From: Eledone cirrhosa
Taxonomy: Eukaryota
Assembly (NCBI GenBank): GCA_964016885.1
Contig: OZ024740.1
Span: 176,762,001-176,826,000, forward strand
Direction of reading: 5' to 3'
Length of the DNA stretch: 64,000 nucleotides
Positions within the stretch are counted from its first letter, which is position 1. Each line of letters opens with the position of its first letter. This document shows, one piece after another, positions 63,312 through 64,000 of this stretch. Under the pieces are notes generated by a model that was not told where the DNA came from, ran no database searches, and worked only from the letters and a program-made list of their open reading frames with translations. Both the position numbers and the translations under genes were made by a program.

Positions 63312-64000
63312 TCAATTATCTTTTTTTCTATTTCATTTTGTGTTGTGTTTGATAGAATCTCACATATTTCATCTGACTATCCCATCGACAATTTCTATAT
63401 CCAGTACTGTATATTTTACCTTACATATGCTGGAACTCTGCTGACCTGTGTTTTACAAAAGTACTTGACGTAGATTCGAAATATTAATAACCAATCATTA
63501 TATAGTATTTATATTGTTAATCAACTGCTTCCAAATTTATACAACTTTCACTAAATTAACAGAAATATAAACGTGTTTCATAATGCAATATATGTTAGGA
63601 AGCAACCGTTTGATACAATGTTGTAGTGTGTATCTCATTTGCAAAAAACTCGAGATGATCGCGGATTCGAAATTCGCAGCAAACACTCTTAAATTTCAAT
63701 CTGAATAAATTATATATTTATTTACATTTTTCATATCTTGCGTCATTTTAGTTGTCAATGAGGATTGAATACATTAATGTTATTGAAAAACACATGTTAT
63801 ACAGTAGGTTTGAAAATAAAATATATTTGTTCCTATGTTCCAGAATAGAACATATTTGTAGAAATGATTACCTAAATATGTCTGACCATGTGCTAAACAA
63901 TGATAATCATAATTTAGAAAGAAATTGCTCTTTATAAACATATTTAGTTTGATAATCTACACACAAGCTTTTTTCTGTGTAGATTGTACATATAAATATT

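Larger units (their letters stand above)
1..64000. repeat. Tandem macrosatellite / tRNA-Val gene array, ~34 units of ~1,887 bp (range ~1,843-1,889)
   Basis: ATCACAAGATACGTATAAAAGAAAG recurs at 1, 1887, 3774, 5663, 7550, 9439, 11326, 13215, 15091, 16979, 18866, 20752, 22638, 24525, 26414, 28301, 30190, 32077, 33966, 35854, 37741, 39630, 41507, 43386, 45268, 47154, 49037, 50921, 52808, 54686, 56572, 58417, 60260, 62145; the ORF track shows the same period. Confidence 0.99.

Noticed and set aside
1617-63937. Recurrent 60-61 aa ORFs (MSMRIEY... on +, MKIIKLN... on -)
   Set aside because: Short, non-ATG starts in an apparently eukaryotic context, no recognisable domain, opened and closed by single indels among units; they are by-products of repeat periodicity.
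1-64000. Bacterial or phage tRNA operon, or rDNA/5S/snRNA repeat
   Set aside because: No encoded CCA, AAC anticodon and oligo-T terminators point to eukaryotic Pol III genes; no 5S, SL or U-snRNA motifs recognised in the spacers.
1-64000. Pure assembly artefact
   Set aside because: Units carry structured, shared and private variants in hierarchical patterns, which simple read stuttering would not give; only the 20.75-kb duplication remains open to this doubt.

Overview
The whole window is one AT-rich tandem macrosatellite of about 34 units of ~1,887 bp (unit starts 1, 1887, 3774, 5663 ... 60260, 62145). No credible protein-coding gene is present. Each unit carries three intronless, CCA-less, eukaryote-type tRNA-Val genes: Val-CAC (+), Val-TAC (-) and Val-AAC (+). 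They have A/B boxes and oligo-T terminators, give 102 copies in total, and many carry lesions. All three share one gene body that resembles the metazoan Val-TAC gene. Each unit also hides two heavily decayed tRNA-Val relics, a truncated tRNA 5' end, a 44-bp minisatellite, and an ~860-bp degenerate inverted duplication centred between the divergent TAC/AAC pair. The unit therefore looks built from about five ancient 'tRNA-Val + spacer' monomers. Above unit level there is an 11-unit (20,751-bp) higher-order duplication plus nested 2-unit repeats. Notable single-copy variants are a TAC-to-AAC anticodon switch, a compensatory anticodon-stem pair change and 8-nt anticodon loops. Alignments were done by eye; the organism (probably an animal) and the expression status cannot be determined from the sequence.
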